Shown: in pieces, positions 34,630-52,183 of the stretch | Layout of the letters: the number at the start of each line of letters is the position of its first letter | Numbering within the stretch: position 1 is the stretch's first letter | Origin: Antechinus flavipes | Lineage: Eukaryota | Assembly (NCBI RefSeq): GCF_016432865.1 | Contig: NC_067399.1 | Span: 390,228,001-390,292,000 of the forward strand | Direction: 5' to 3' | Length of the DNA stretch: 64,000 nt | The notes under the pieces: generated by a model | What the model was told of the DNA's origin: nothing | Databases searched by the model: none | What the model saw: the letters and a program-made list of their open reading frames with translations, nothing else | Program-made: the position numbers and the translations under genes

Positions 34630-35780
34630 TGATAAATGATCCAAAAATATTTGTGGCTAAAGGGCCATAAATTCATTTATGTCCTTTGATCTAACAACAC
34701 CACTGTTAGGCATGAATACCAAAAGAGATTCCCCCTTACCCCCCAAAAAATGACCTATATGCACAAAAAATATTCATGGCAGCTCTTTTCTCAGGGGGAA
34801 AAAAATGGAAGTTGAGGGAATGCCCATCAATGAGGGAATGGTTAAAAAAAATTATGGTATGTGTTTGTGATGGAATATTAATATTCTATGGAAAATGATG
34901 AATATAATACTATTAGAAAAAACACCTGGAAAGTCCTTATGAACTCAAAGTGAACTGTACTATATTTAAAATCATAGCAATGTTCTGGGATAACCAGCAT
35001 AATGATTTTGCTACTCTTAGTAATATAATCCCTTGTGGCCACTCTGAAGGACTTATAATGATAACATATCCATATCCAAAGAAGGAACTGATTGTGTCTG
35101 AATACAGATGGAAGCAATCCCTCTTTCTCTTTCTATCTCTTTTTTTAAACTTAATTTTTCTTGAGGGTTTTTATTTTTATTTGGGTGGGAGATCTATGTT
35201 TTCTTTCACAACTTGACTTTTATAGAAATGTTTTGCATAACTTCACATGTAGTTTCTTAATTATCGGTGGGGATAAGGGAGAAAACCTAGAACTCGGAAA
35301 TTTTATAAATAAATGTAAAAAATGTTTTTTTGAATTTAACTGGGGGAAAATATTAAATAAATAAATCAAAAAAGTGACTTTAATCTGCATTCAGACACTA
35401 TCAATTCTTTCTTAGAATTTTTTACCAGTTGTCCTCAGGAATCGTTTTAGATCATTGTACTACTGAGAATAGCTAAATTATTCACAGTTTATTGTCATAC
35501 AATATTGTTGTTACCATGTACAATGTTCTGGTTCTGTTCATTTCATTTTGTATCTGTTCATATAAGTCTTCCTGGGTTTTTTCTAAAAACATCCTGCTCA
35601 TCATTTCTTAAAACATAGCTCATATACTACAATTTGTACGAACATTCCCCAATTAGGCATTCCCTTAATTTTTAATTCTTTTGACATCTCAAAAATTTGT
35701 CATAAACATTTTTATTCATGTAGGTTCTTTTTTTTTTATTTCTTTGGGGCACAGACCTAATAGTGATATTGCTGAGACAA
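34630..35780. mobile_element. Two older L1 3' fragments, tail-to-tail (+ ~34630-35375, - ~35380-35780)
   Basis: cctttgatctaacaacaccactgttaggc...aaattatggtatgtg...aataaataaat on +, then taatctgcattcagacac...tcattgtactactgagaatagc in antisense. Confidence 0.7.
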
Positions 35781-36339
35781 AGTAGAAAGTCGTGTAGAAA
35801 ATATTTTTTTAACGATGATCCCTGATTTTGATCATCGGCTGTAACGATTGTTGGGGAAATGGTAGAAAAATAATAGACTCCAAGGAATCAGTATAAAGTT
35901 TTATAATAATAGATCTTTGTGAAGCTAATAAAAAGAACAATAAAATGAATTCTTTTGAACATAGAATGTATCTCTATTTGGAGACATTCTAAAGGAAGTA
36001 TTGTACTCTGATTTCTGAATCCCCCATATTATAAATTAATAATGAAAACTGATCTTTGCAAGAGAATATGGTGTTTAAATGTAATTCTGGTGTACCGCTT
36101 TTAATAAGCTTATAACACTTCTTAAGTAATGGATTGTATTTGATGCTAAACATCTTTCAAAAGAAAAGAGTTTGAAGTTTAATAATTTTACATGAACATT
36201 TACTTTTTTCACTTTCCATGAATATATCCCAATAATTTCCCACATGGTTCAATTGTTCACTGTTCAAATAAGGGAATGTCAAATGATCTACTTTTAGTAT
36301 CTGGGTTTGTGGTGTTACTTGATCATCTGAAAATAATCA

Positions 36340-37987
36340 AAGAACTTCAGATATTGTAAAATAATAGATCCAGAGCTGAAAGAGACATCAGAAGTTATCT
36401 GTTCAAACCCCTTAGTTTGGCATATAAAAAAACTGAGACCAAGGGAGATTAAGCTGTTTGGGCAATGTCACATAATAATCAGAGGCAGGCTTTAAATCTC
36501 ATCTGTACTTGTTTGCAAATTGTCTCCCCCAAGTTATTCAGACCAGTTGCTTCCTTCATTGTCTTTACGATATTTTTGTGTTTTTAAAGACCTTTAATTT
36601 GATATAGAGTTTTATGAAGTAAGGTATATTTACCAATGTTAGAAAATAGAAAACATTTATTTAAGACAAGCACATGCAACCTAACTTTTCAAAAGAAATA
36701 ATAATTTTAATGAATAAAAATAATCAAACTCCACCATGAAGCAGATAGCACTTCTCTCTTAAGTGATAATAGATATGTCTAAGAGTCCTAGGGGCTAAGG
36801 AACTTCCTGCAGGTCAGATGAGACTGAACTAAATATTTCATGATTTCAAGCCCTGCCACCCAAGAGGCTAATTAGCTTCTCCTTTGGTTACATTAACATG
36901 CATCTTCAATTATATTCCATTAATATGCTAGCATTAATAGCTGATACATTACTAATTACTAATACATACTACTACCATTAAAAGACAATACATCAATAGC
37001 AAAGTACTGGAAATAAAATGGATGTCCATCAATTGGAATATGGCTAAACAAATTGTGATACAAAAATGTAATTAAATCCAAGTGCACTGAAACAAGAAAT
37101 TTTAACAGAATCATGGGAAGACAAACACCAAATGATAGAAAATGAGTGGGATAAAACAGAAAAGCATTATAAACTAATATTCAAACAAAACAAATCAAAA
37201 CTACAGCCAATAATTAAAACTAAGTGATATGAAATTGTAATGCCTAAATTTGGCCCCAAAGAAGATTAACTACAATATACAAATTGGTTGATGGGTTAGT
37301 TAGATATACTGATCTGTTTTTTCTCTTTATTATCTGTGGTGGATCCCTGGGGATGGGGAAATGAAAGAAATAAATTGGGAAATGAGTATATATAAGAAAA
37401 CAAAAAAATCAATATTTTTTAAAAGAAACAAACTAATACATGAGAATGTGAAGTAAGGAAAGTTCCCCCTAGCACAGCAATGTGGGATGTGCAACATCAC
37501 ACTAACTTGGTTTTCATAGGGCTATTTATAAACTTCCAGGTAGATTTCTCACTGAATGAGTTTTCTTGAAGAAACTTGGATATCTAGACACCACCCAAGT
37601 AAAAAAGTATTTCTACCCATTACCATAAATAATGTAATATGATGTGGGCGGAGGCAGGTTTTTGGTCATGGCAGAAAAGAAGTGAAAGGAATGTAAGTGA
37701 TCTTCCATTGTTGAATGACTGGATAAAGTATGGTATATGAATTAGTGCAATTATTATGCAGCAAGAAATATCAAATGCAAAGAAACAAATGTGAAGATTT
37801 CAGAAAACTTTGGCAAGACTTGTAAGAACCAACACAGAAACAAAAGTAGAAGCAGAAAAACAAATTACATCATAAATAATCTAAGGAAAAATAAATCTGA
37901 AAGATTTCAGGATTCAAAACAACGCAATCACTCATTCACCTTTAATTTTAATTTGATAATTTTATTTCTATATATATATATATATAC

Positions 37988-38021
<34 letters not shown>

Positions 38022-39090
38022 GAACTTTGAGTTCCAGATTCTTTCCTTTCCTTCCTCTCCACAACTCCTCCCACCTAGAAGGCACATGTGAAGTTATGCA
38101 AAACATTTTCATAAGTCCCATTATACATTTAGAGGATTGTAAGGTGAAGTATAATTTCTTTCTCTGGGGAAAATTGATTAATTATAAGTGTTGATTGGTG
38201 TGTATACTTTTTTTGGCACTTCCATCATATTGATTTGCTTTGCTCAACTGTATTAGGAAGAGTCTTTGTAGAGTAGATTCATTATAAGGTGATAAGCATA
38301 TTTTTAAAAGTATGTATAAAATCTTTTTTAAAATAAGTGTAACTCAGAATTATTCTCTCATACAGAATTCAGATTGAATCAGCCTTAGAATATCAGCTCC
38401 CAATCAATAAGTAGATCGTGTCCCCATTCTTTCTTTCTGCTCTAAATTGGAGCTCCTTTCTGGGAAAACACAAGACCAGATATAATTTCCTGAATTCGGG
38501 TGCTAGTCGATGGATTTCCAGGACTATATATTTACACTCATTTGGGTGAGGGTAGGGATGGAGAGAGTAGTTTCATAGTATCTCATTCTTGTTGTCAAGG
38601 AGTCCTCAAATTCCAGAGCCAGTCCTCTAATCCCCGTTAAGCACTTTAAAACTGTTTAAAGTTTAAAGCTCAAATTCACATCAGGAGAAGAAAGTTCATA
38701 GTTGAAAATAAAGTCAAAATACTTCCTTTTACACTCCGACATTACGATTTATTTCTCTGCCTCGTAGACCCTGATGCCTCCAAAAAACACCCCAATGGGC
38801 CTACTACATGGTGTGACTTTTTCTCAGCTTAAATATTGTGTCAAAATGTCTTAATGGCTGCGTTCTTTTCACAGTGTTCACCTTTAGTTTATATTAATAT
38901 CTGTGAGGCGTTAGAAGCACTGTCCTAAACTAAGACGTGCTGTCATTGCTTAGTGCTTGAAATATTGATATGGACTCTCTTGTAAAGAATGAAGCAGAAA
39001 TGTTTTGAAATACTTAGAAGAATTCAAGCTATGGCAACTGCCGGGAAACACACTTTCCATGCTTTATATACGGCATGCTGAGATTGTGAT
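36340..39090. repeat. Intergenic spacer type 1 (X-to-Y), paralogous to 47751-49615 and 58770-61360
   Basis: Shared blocks include aaactaa(g/a)tgata(t/a)gaaatt...tgcctaa...ggtcccaa at ~37217, ~47874 and ~59631, and tagtgcttg(c)aa.attgatatgg upstream of each Y-type CSE. Confidence 0.85.
37970..38021. repeat. (TA)n/(TACA)n microsatellite
   Basis: tatatatata...tacatacatacatacata...tatata. Confidence 0.95.
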
Positions 39091-39092
39091 GA

Positions 39093-39119
39093 GCCGCGTG
39101 GTGGCGCCGCAAGCTAAGA
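39093..39119 (+). promoter_or_regulatory. CSE / CTCF site of gene B (CGCC variant)
   Basis: gccgcgtggtggcgccgcaagctaaga, 240 bp upstream of the ATG. Confidence 0.9.
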
Positions 39120-39311
39120 AGACACATAAAAGATGGGCGGATACTCTAGTTCCCCACAAAATAGCTCTAAATAAGTCAAGGAGATAAGAAGCTTTCTTAG
39201 CTCGACCTGGAGGAAGGCTCCGAGGTGCTCACATTTCTGAGATACCAGACAGACGGACTAAAGTAGTAGCCCCGGATTACCGTTTGCAATCGATCGGGCT
39301 ACACCGATTGA

Positions 39312-41705
<2,394 letters not shown>

Positions 41706-44089
41706 CTTTTGCCAGAATTAGGGTTTGGCTCATGCTTCAATGCATAAAGGCCAGATTTTATGACCTCTTTTCCTTCCCCTCTTATTATTTGTCTTCTTTC
41801 CATATTTCCATATGATTACATTTTATCATAATGTTTTTATATTCTCTCTTTTTCCTTCTACACATAGATTTTCTTTTTTTTCTTGCATTCTTTCTCTATA
41901 AATCTTTTTCTTCTTCCTCCTTTTGTTCCCCTTAGGTCTTAGACTCTTTCATCAGTTACCCCATTTTTAAAAAATGAGTGAACTGTCATATGTTCCCTTC
42001 CTCATTTATAATTTTAAATGTAACATTTTTCAATCAAATAATTCAGCAAATGTTTTTCACGTGTTCACATTTAATTGTGACTCCATAGTCTTACTCAGAG
42101 TTATCCTATCTTGTATCTCCTAGGAAAAAAATATTTTCCTCGGTTTCATTCTTATTGTGTGGATAGAAACAGCTGATATTCTCCTGAAGGACAATCTAGA
42201 CATCTTTCCTGACTTTCTATGCCTTCTAAAGTGAAAAATGTTCTGAAAGATCTTGTAATCTACTAGCTGTGACCCCTATAGCTTTTACAATTACTCACAT
42301 ATTTAAAAATATATTTTTAAAAAGCAATCAATCTGATATAAATTAAACATGTGCAACACTTTTAAACATATTTGTCAAACTGAGCAAGAAAAATCATGCC
42401 AAGAAGGAAAAACCACCAGAAAGAAAAAGCAAAGAAAAAGACAAAAAAAATGGTGGAAATGTTATGTTTTCATCCACATCCAGTCTCCATAGTTCTCCTT
42501 CTGGATGAGGATGGCGTTTTCCATTGGATTTTGTTTTTAAATGGTGCATAGATGTTACTGAAAATATTCTTATTTGTGGTTTCTGATGTCAATCTCCTAA
42601 GTAATGCCTGTTTTTAGAAACTAATTAGGACTCCTCAAGAGCACTAAAATTTGGAAGAAAAAATTGCAAGAATATATTTTATGAAGACAACTCTACTGTA
42701 AATTCTTGTAAAGAAAGACTATGTGCTGGTTTGTGAAACTGTGAAATACTAAGTGCAAACTTCTTACCATCAAATAGTCCAATGACATTATACATTAATA
42801 ATTATTTCTAATCTTTACATGTCTTTAATAAAATTTTAAGAAGTGAAGTACTGCCTGCTGTTATGGATTTGTAAAGTTTTTCTTGTCGTTTACTTTGTAT
42901 ATATTTGTGCTTCTTTTTTTTTTCTTTAATCCCATAGATTTGAATTTTTATATCTTTTCAAAAGTCACAGCATTTACCTGTGATCAGGTTCAAATGATAT
43001 AATATTTGCAAAGATCTTAGCAGAGTACCTGACATATAATAAGTATTAATTGTTATTCATTTCCTTCTTCAAGGCTTGAAAATAAGTTTAAATAAATATG
43101 TCTGTTTTATTTTCTAGTTATTTAAATAATTTGCAGTTTGGGGAACATTCCAGTTCATGAGTATCACCATCTTGGGCAAAGTATGTGCTTTAATAATTAT
43201 CTTTATGAAGCCTTTAAGAGATTTCATTGATCGACTTTCTGAATATTATCATAAATATCTGACTTGAAAGGATCTTCATAACTCTTTTATCTAAGTTTCT
43301 GTTCAGTCATTGTTCAATTTTAAAGAAACATCATTTCTATTTTTTGTATGACACTTCCTAATTTTCATAGCAAATATCTGGATTTGAAAGTAGAAGACAA
43401 TTGCATTTATTTGAGAACAAAAGCTATTCTTTAATTGGCCAAAAAAAAATCTCTTTTTTTTTATTATTTTGAAAGATAGATTAGAAAGATAAATCATGTC
43501 TTATTCTATCATTTCTTGGGGTTCAATATTGGGCAAGTACTTCTTTTTCTTTTCATGACTCGATGCACAAATGATTTGTGATCTTTTTCAATATGAGGAA
43601 CAACTGAGCAATGACTTAATAGATAATTGATAGGGAGTAGCCTCTGGCATATAGATAAGACAATCAACGGCTCAACAATTATCGCATTGGTAGAAAGTGA
43701 CTGAGGAGAAATTTTTGACTGGGGATTCCGGACTCAAACTAAACATATTGTTGCCTAAGCCATGATTCTTCTATTTTCGGTAACATTATTGTAGAAATTA
43801 TTTCGTTGTCTGAAGTTCTATACTTGTGATCTTATATTATTAAAACCTCAAATAGAGAATATGAAGGTGGGACAGGGGTAGTTTTCAATGTCAGAACATT
43901 CTCTGCAAGTAGAATCATTATATCCATCCCTGGAATTTTATTCTTTCCTTTTTGTTTCTTCTTTTTCTCTCTTCTGGCTGTTTCAGAAGTTGATTTGGTG
44001 AATTAGGGACTCTGAAAATCACAGGCATTATCAATCCCTCTGATAGAAGAGAGGAAAAGTTAAAAGATATGTCAAATTTTCTCTTTGTT

Positions 44090-44200
44090 TCTTTCTGCTA
44101 TCTGTCTGCCTGTCTCTCTATGTCTGTCTCGGTCTCTTCCCTCTCCTCCTTCCTTCTCTCTCTCTCTTTCTTTCTCTCTCTCCATATATATGTATGTATG
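44090..44200. repeat. (TC)n/(TG)/(TA) compound microsatellite
   Basis: tctgtctgcctgtctctc...ctctctctctctttctttctctctctccatatatatgtatgtatgtgtg. Confidence 0.85.
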
Positions 44201-44659
44201 TGTGTATATATACTAAGTTTTTTATTTCTAAGCTTAACAAATATGCAAATAATTTCATAAAAAAGAACAAAGTTTTGTATATGAAACAAATCTGTTTACA
44301 CTTTACTTCAAAATGCACATATTATAAATTTAATGTTATTTTCAAAATTGTACTTCCTGTCTATATTTTTTCTAGTTTCTCCTGTACAGGTTTTAAAGTG
44401 ATAAAATTATGTTCTTTTTGTTTTCTTTTTTTCTTTCTGGAATTCCTGTAAGAGTCATTCTTTGAAATATTAGTCAAGTTTAATTTGCCAGATTACTGCC
44501 TCCCACTTTCTTAACCAATTTGCTTAAAGACTTTAGCATTTTCTATTACTCACATAGTGAATCTTCCAAAAAGTCCTTTTTTTTTTTTCTTCTATAGAAA
44601 ACACAGTTCTGGGATAAGAACCTGCATTTCCAGAGAGTCAGTTTCCTGGATGGTATTGC

Positions 44660-44892
44660 TGTTGTTGTGGTTCAGTCATGCCAGACTTTTCTTGACCACA
44701 TTTTGGTTTTAGATACTGGAATAGTTTGATATTTCTTTGTACAACTCATTTTAACACAGGAGAAAACTGAGGCAAAAAGGGTTACTTGACCAGGGTCACA
44801 CATCTAGGAAGTGTCTAAGCCAGATTTGAACCCAGGAAGATAAGTCTTCTTGACTCCAGGCCTGGTGCTCCATCAACTGTACTACCTAGTGA
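44660..44892 (-). mobile_element. Mar1-type SINE predating the cassette duplication
   Basis: ttcagtcatgccagac...ggagaaaactgaggcaaa...gggtcacac...ccagatttgaacccagg. The orthologous copy is at 54775-55033. Confidence 0.75.
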
Positions 44893-45505
44893 CCTTGGGT
44901 GGTATCAATCATAAAACAGAGAGGGTGTTATCCAAATTTCTGTTAGTAAAGAACCCATTGCCCACAAAGCCCTTGCACCATTCCATTTGGGATGAAAGAA
45001 GACTTTTGATGACCAGAAAGATCCGATAAGGAATGTTTTAGCTTCCCTCCTGTCCTCTCCCCTCTTCTAAATTCGAAAACTTGAAGGAAATAGGAAGCAT
45101 CAGCTGCTTACAATCTGGAATGCCGCTGCTTGTTTCCTCCCCACCCCACCCTATCATTTGCTTTCAAAAGGTTGCCCAGCTAAGTATTACAGAATTGAGT
45201 GTGACTTTACTTTTTACGTTCAAGTCCTTTCTTTTGTAGTAAAATATTTATTATTGCCTTTAAGGTCTGGAAGACCACATTACTGACTGAAGCATATATA
45301 CTTTTTAAACAATTTTTTAAAAACTCGAATATATATATGCACATATGTGTATGGTATGGGGTAACGTTGTTATAACATTGATGTTGATCGCCTAGAGGAA
45401 AGGAAATCATACATCACTTATACTACAAAATAAAATACGAAGATATGATATCTAATACTTGTTCCCAATGACGCTACTTACTTCATTCTGAGAAAACAAT
45501 GAAAA

Positions 45506-45532
45506 GCTGCGTGGTGGCGCTACAGAATAAGA
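45506..45532 (+). promoter_or_regulatory. CSE / CTCF site of the 45.7-kb pseudogene (CGCT intact)
   Basis: gctgcgtggtggcgctacagaataaga, 222 bp upstream of the ATG. Confidence 0.9.
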
Positions 45533-45727
45533 AGAACCAGAAAAGTTCCGCTAATATGTCAATATCCCGAGAGACCAGAATCAGACATTAAGGAAGCAGA
45601 GAAGAAGCTTTGCTAGTTGCAGCTGGAGAAAGGGATCAGTTCTCTCAGCCTCTGACAATTTGCATTCTAGCTGAGCTAAACATATTGACAGGAGGGGCTA
45701 AAAGGAACAACAGAAAGGGAAAGGAGA

Positions 45728-47750
45728 ATGATTCCGCAACAAAGGCAAGTTCTCTTTTTCCTTGTTCTGCTGGGTTTGTCTGGAGGCAGTTTCAGAGCTG
45801 GAGCAGTTTTCGGTGGTGGAGGAGATGGAGAGAGGCTCTTTTGTGTCCAGTGTGGCAAAGGCCTTAGGGCTGGAGGTGGGAGCATTGTCAAAGCTCGGGG
45901 CTAGAATGTTTTCAAAGGGAATAAAGAGCATTTGCAGCTGCATAATAAAACCGGGGATCTGCTCCTGAGAGAGAAACTGGACCAGGAAGACCTATCCGAC
46001 TTCGCTATTCTCTCTGTGCTACCTTTCTAGATTTTACAAGAAAGCTCCTTTCACATTGTTCGGGATGAACTAATAGTGGAAAATATTAACGATCATTCAG
46101 CAGTGTTTCTAGTCACTAAGATGGTACTGAAAATTCCCAAGAACACCTCCGCCAGAACTATATTTGTACTAGAAAATGCACAGGATTTAGATGTAGAAAG
46201 CAACAGTATCCAAAACTACAAGATCGTAACCAACTCTCATTTCCACAGTCAAATTCGGGACAGTAGCAAGGGGAAGAGATACCCAGAGCTTGTACTGGAT
46301 AAAACCCTAGATCGGGAGGAACAGCCTGAAGTTCGATTAACTCTCACTGCTGTGAATGGAGGAACCCCACAGAAGTCCGGGACTGTCCAAATCCCAGTCC
46401 TTGTAATCGATATCAATGACAATGCCCCCGTGTTTACTCAGTCCCAGTATGAATCTCAGATTCCTGAGAACAGTTCTATTGGATCCCGAGTGGTCACAGT
46501 TTCAGCTACAGATTTAGATGCAGGAAATAATGCCGATATATCCTATACATTTTTGCATGCTTCTGAAAACATTCGTAAAACTTTTCAACTAACACAAAAA
46601 TCTGGTGAACTTCAAAGGAAAAAGTATATTTTGAGTTAATTCAGTCTTACACCACGACATTCAGGCTACAGATGGGAGGGGGGCTTTCAGCAGAATGTAC
46701 TGTTATTGTTCAGGTGATAGATCTGAACGACAATCTAACAGAGTTGGGCATATCTTCACTTACCAGCTTCTCAGAGAATTCTCTTGAGATAGTGGTAGCT
46801 GTCTTCAGTGTTTCAGATCTGGAGTCTGGGGAAAACGGAATGATGGTTTGCTTCATCAAGTATGGCTTTTTTCCCCCCCTGAAACCTTCCACTGAGAACT
46901 TCTACACATTGATAACAAAGAGAGCACTGGACAGAGAAAGCAGGGTTGAGTACATCATCACTTAGTGGTCGACTTTGGATCTCCAAGGTTCAATTCTGAG
47001 TACAATATCATGATGCTTCTCTCTTTTATCAATGATAAGTCTCCAGTTTTTACTCAGAGAGCCTACAAAATATACCTTCAGAAGAACAACACTACTGTTC
47101 TCCACATTGGCAATGTCAGTACCAATGGCAGGGACTCAGGAATCTATCAATACCAAAGTCACCTACTGTCTGCTGCCTCCAGAGATTGAAGACCTGCCCC
47201 TCTTCTCCTACATTTCCATCAACTCAGACAATGGCCATCTCTATGTTCTGAGATCCCTAGGATTATGAAGCTACCCAAGCTTTCCAATTCACTGTGAGGG
47301 CAGTTTATGGTGGCTCTCCATTACTGAGCAGCCATTTTCTGGTTCAGATTGTGGTACAGATGAAAATGATAACTCTTCCTTTGTTCTGTACTTCCTGCAA
47401 AGTAGCACAGCTCCTGCAATGATCTGGTGCCCAGAACTGCAGAGCCTGGTTACTTGATGACCAAGGTGGTAATTGTGGATAGGGATTGAAGACAATTCCT
47501 GGCTGCTCCTAGCTGCTCAAGACCACAGATCCAGGCCTCTTCACTTTTGGATCTACAATGGGAAGTTCACACAGCAAGATCCATCAGTGACAGAGATGTC
47601 ATCAAGCAGAAGCTCATGGTGTTGGTGAAGGACAATGGGTAACCACCCCTGTCCACAATGACCATAGTAAATGTACTCCTGGTGGATGTTTTTTCTGATC
47701 CCTACCTGCAGTTACCAGATGCACCTAAGGAGCAGGTCCAGAATGATTCT
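45728..47750 (+). pseudogene. PCDHB: PCDHB pseudogene, sister of gene D, 3'-deleted before the TM
   Basis: ATG ATT CCG CAA start, with a -2 frameshift near 45785 relative to D and further frameshifts (~45905, ~46610). EC2-EC3 are nearly identical to D. Homology stops after APKEQVQNDS at 47750 and resumes directly in spacer-1 sequence. Confidence 0.95.
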
Positions 47751-49616
47751 AAAATACATTTGAAAAATATAGAAAATGGTAGGAATACAAACACAAGTGG
47801 TAGAAAACGGAATAAGAAAAAAAACAACATAAACAATTACTTAAGACAAATAGAAACAACAACCAAAAATCAAAACTAAATGATATGAAATTATACTGCC
47901 TAAGTTTGGTCCCAAAGAAGAGATGATTGGGGAAAATATTCAACTTGCTTGATGCATTAGTTAGCATGACATATCTGGTTTTTTTCCTCTTAATTGTCAC
48001 TTAATAATGCTTGAGGATAGGAAGAGGAAGACATATCCTGGGAAATGAATGTATGTAAAAACAAAAACATCAATCATTTGAAAAAGAAAAAAAACTAATG
48101 CATGAATGTGAAATGAGGAAAGGAGAGTGTCACAACATTTTAGGATGTGCAATATCAGCCTAACTTCCCATGGAAGAGTCTTAACTTTTTCTTTTGGTTT
48201 TCAGAGGGGTACTTCCCAAACCTCCAAGTAGATTTTTTCACTGAATGAGGTTTCCCAAAGAAACATAGATACTTAGATTCTGGGTAACTAAGTTCATTAT
48301 AAAATAAGCACTAACCAATTAGAAAGGACTTTCTAGATATTACCATAGCTACTATAGTGCGATGTGGAAGGAGATGAACTTTGGGGGTTAGTAGAAAAGA
48401 ACTGAAAGGAAGGTAAGTGTTCATACACTGATGATTGATAGAATAAATTGTGATGTAGGAGTTAATCCAATTATTATGCAGCAAAACATAACAAATACAA
48501 AGAAACAAATATGAAGAATTCAGAGAACATTGGAAAGATTAGTAAGAACCATACAGTTACAAAAATAGAAGCAGGAGAATAAATTTATTTTAAGCATAAT
48601 AATTGAAAGAAAAACAAATCTGAAAGATTTCAGAATTCCAATCAATGCTATTATGTATTAGGGGACAGGAGGTGAATCATATCTACTCTTTCTCTGTAGG
48701 AAATGGATTCAATATAGGTGTTGAAAGGTGCAAGTAGTAAGTAGGCATTCCCATTGTATTGATGTGCTTTGTTTAATTGTATTTTGTTATTAAGAAGAGT
48801 GTTTGTAGAGAGATGAGTTATTGTGAAGTGATAAAAATGTAAAAAAAAAAAAGAATAAAATTATTTCAAATACAGGCCAACTCAGAACCATTCTTTCATA
48901 CAGGACTCATAATGAATCAACTTTAGAATATCGAGCCTCAATCAATAAATAGATCATATACCCATTCTTTCATTCTTCCTAGAACAAGGCAAATGTATCT
49001 CCTTTTTGGAAAAACATAGGTGAGACATAATTTCCTGCATTCAGGTCCCAGGAGTGGATTTCTAGGAATGCATTCATTTGAGGGAAGAATAGTGGATAGT
49101 ATCTCATTCCTGCTGTTAAGGAGTCGTCAGATCCCAGGGTCGTTTCTGCAGTCCAGTTAAGTAGCTTAAAGCAGTTTAAAACTTTAAACTATCAAAATCA
49201 CATCAGATGTATATGCTCTTGGATTCCATAAGGAGAAGAATGTTTACAGCTGGAAATAAATTAGAAATACTTCTTTTTGCATCCCAACCTCAAGATTTAT
49301 TCTTTCCCTGCCTCACGGTTTCTAAAAATCACCCCCGATGGCCCTACTACATGAAGATGGGAATTTTTTTGAATCTAAATATTGTGTCAAAAGGCACAAA
49401 TGGTTGTATTCTTTTCATATCTTTTATCTTTAATTTACCTATGAAATGCTGGACAAATCGTCCTAAACCAAGACAATGTCATTTTTTAGTGCTTGCAACA
49501 TTGATATGGCTTCTCTTATAAAAAACGAACCAGAAATTCTCTGAAATACATTGAAGAATTCAAAATCATGTTTCTAGCGAGAAACACACTTTCTATGTTT
49601 TTTGAGATGATGGTGA

Positions 49617-49643
49617 ACCGCATGGCGGCGCTGCAGGCTAAAG
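49617..49643 (+). promoter_or_regulatory. CSE / CTCF site of gene C
   Basis: accgcatggcggcgctgcaggctaaag, 236 bp upstream of the ATG. Confidence 0.9.
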
Positions 49644-49849
49644 AGTCACAGAAAAAGATCGGCGGATGCGCCATTTCCCAGAAAGACGGAGCTGAACCAG
49701 TTAAGAAGAGAAGCTTTCTTAGTTGGAACTGGAGGAAAGGTCCAGGAGCCTCATATCTCTGAGATACCAGACAGACGGATAACAATTGTAGCCTCGGATT
49801 ATCATTTGCAATCGATCTCGGCTACACACATACTGAGAGGAGGGGGTAA

Positions 49850-52183
<2,334 letters not shown>

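Larger units (their letters stand above)
41790..45500. repeat. Intergenic spacer type 2 (Y-to-X), paralogous to 52230-55610 and partly 27150-28720
   Basis: Shared blocks include ttgtggtttctgatgtcaat (~42574, ~52838; variant ~27755) and ttccagttcatgagtatcaccatcttgg (~43148, ~53443), plus a SINE at the orthologous position. Confidence 0.85.

Noticed and set aside
32827-39092. Alpha/gamma-type constant exons or splicing from the variable exons
   Set aside because: Each gene ends in its own stop after a beta-type tail, and no constant-exon sequence was recognised.
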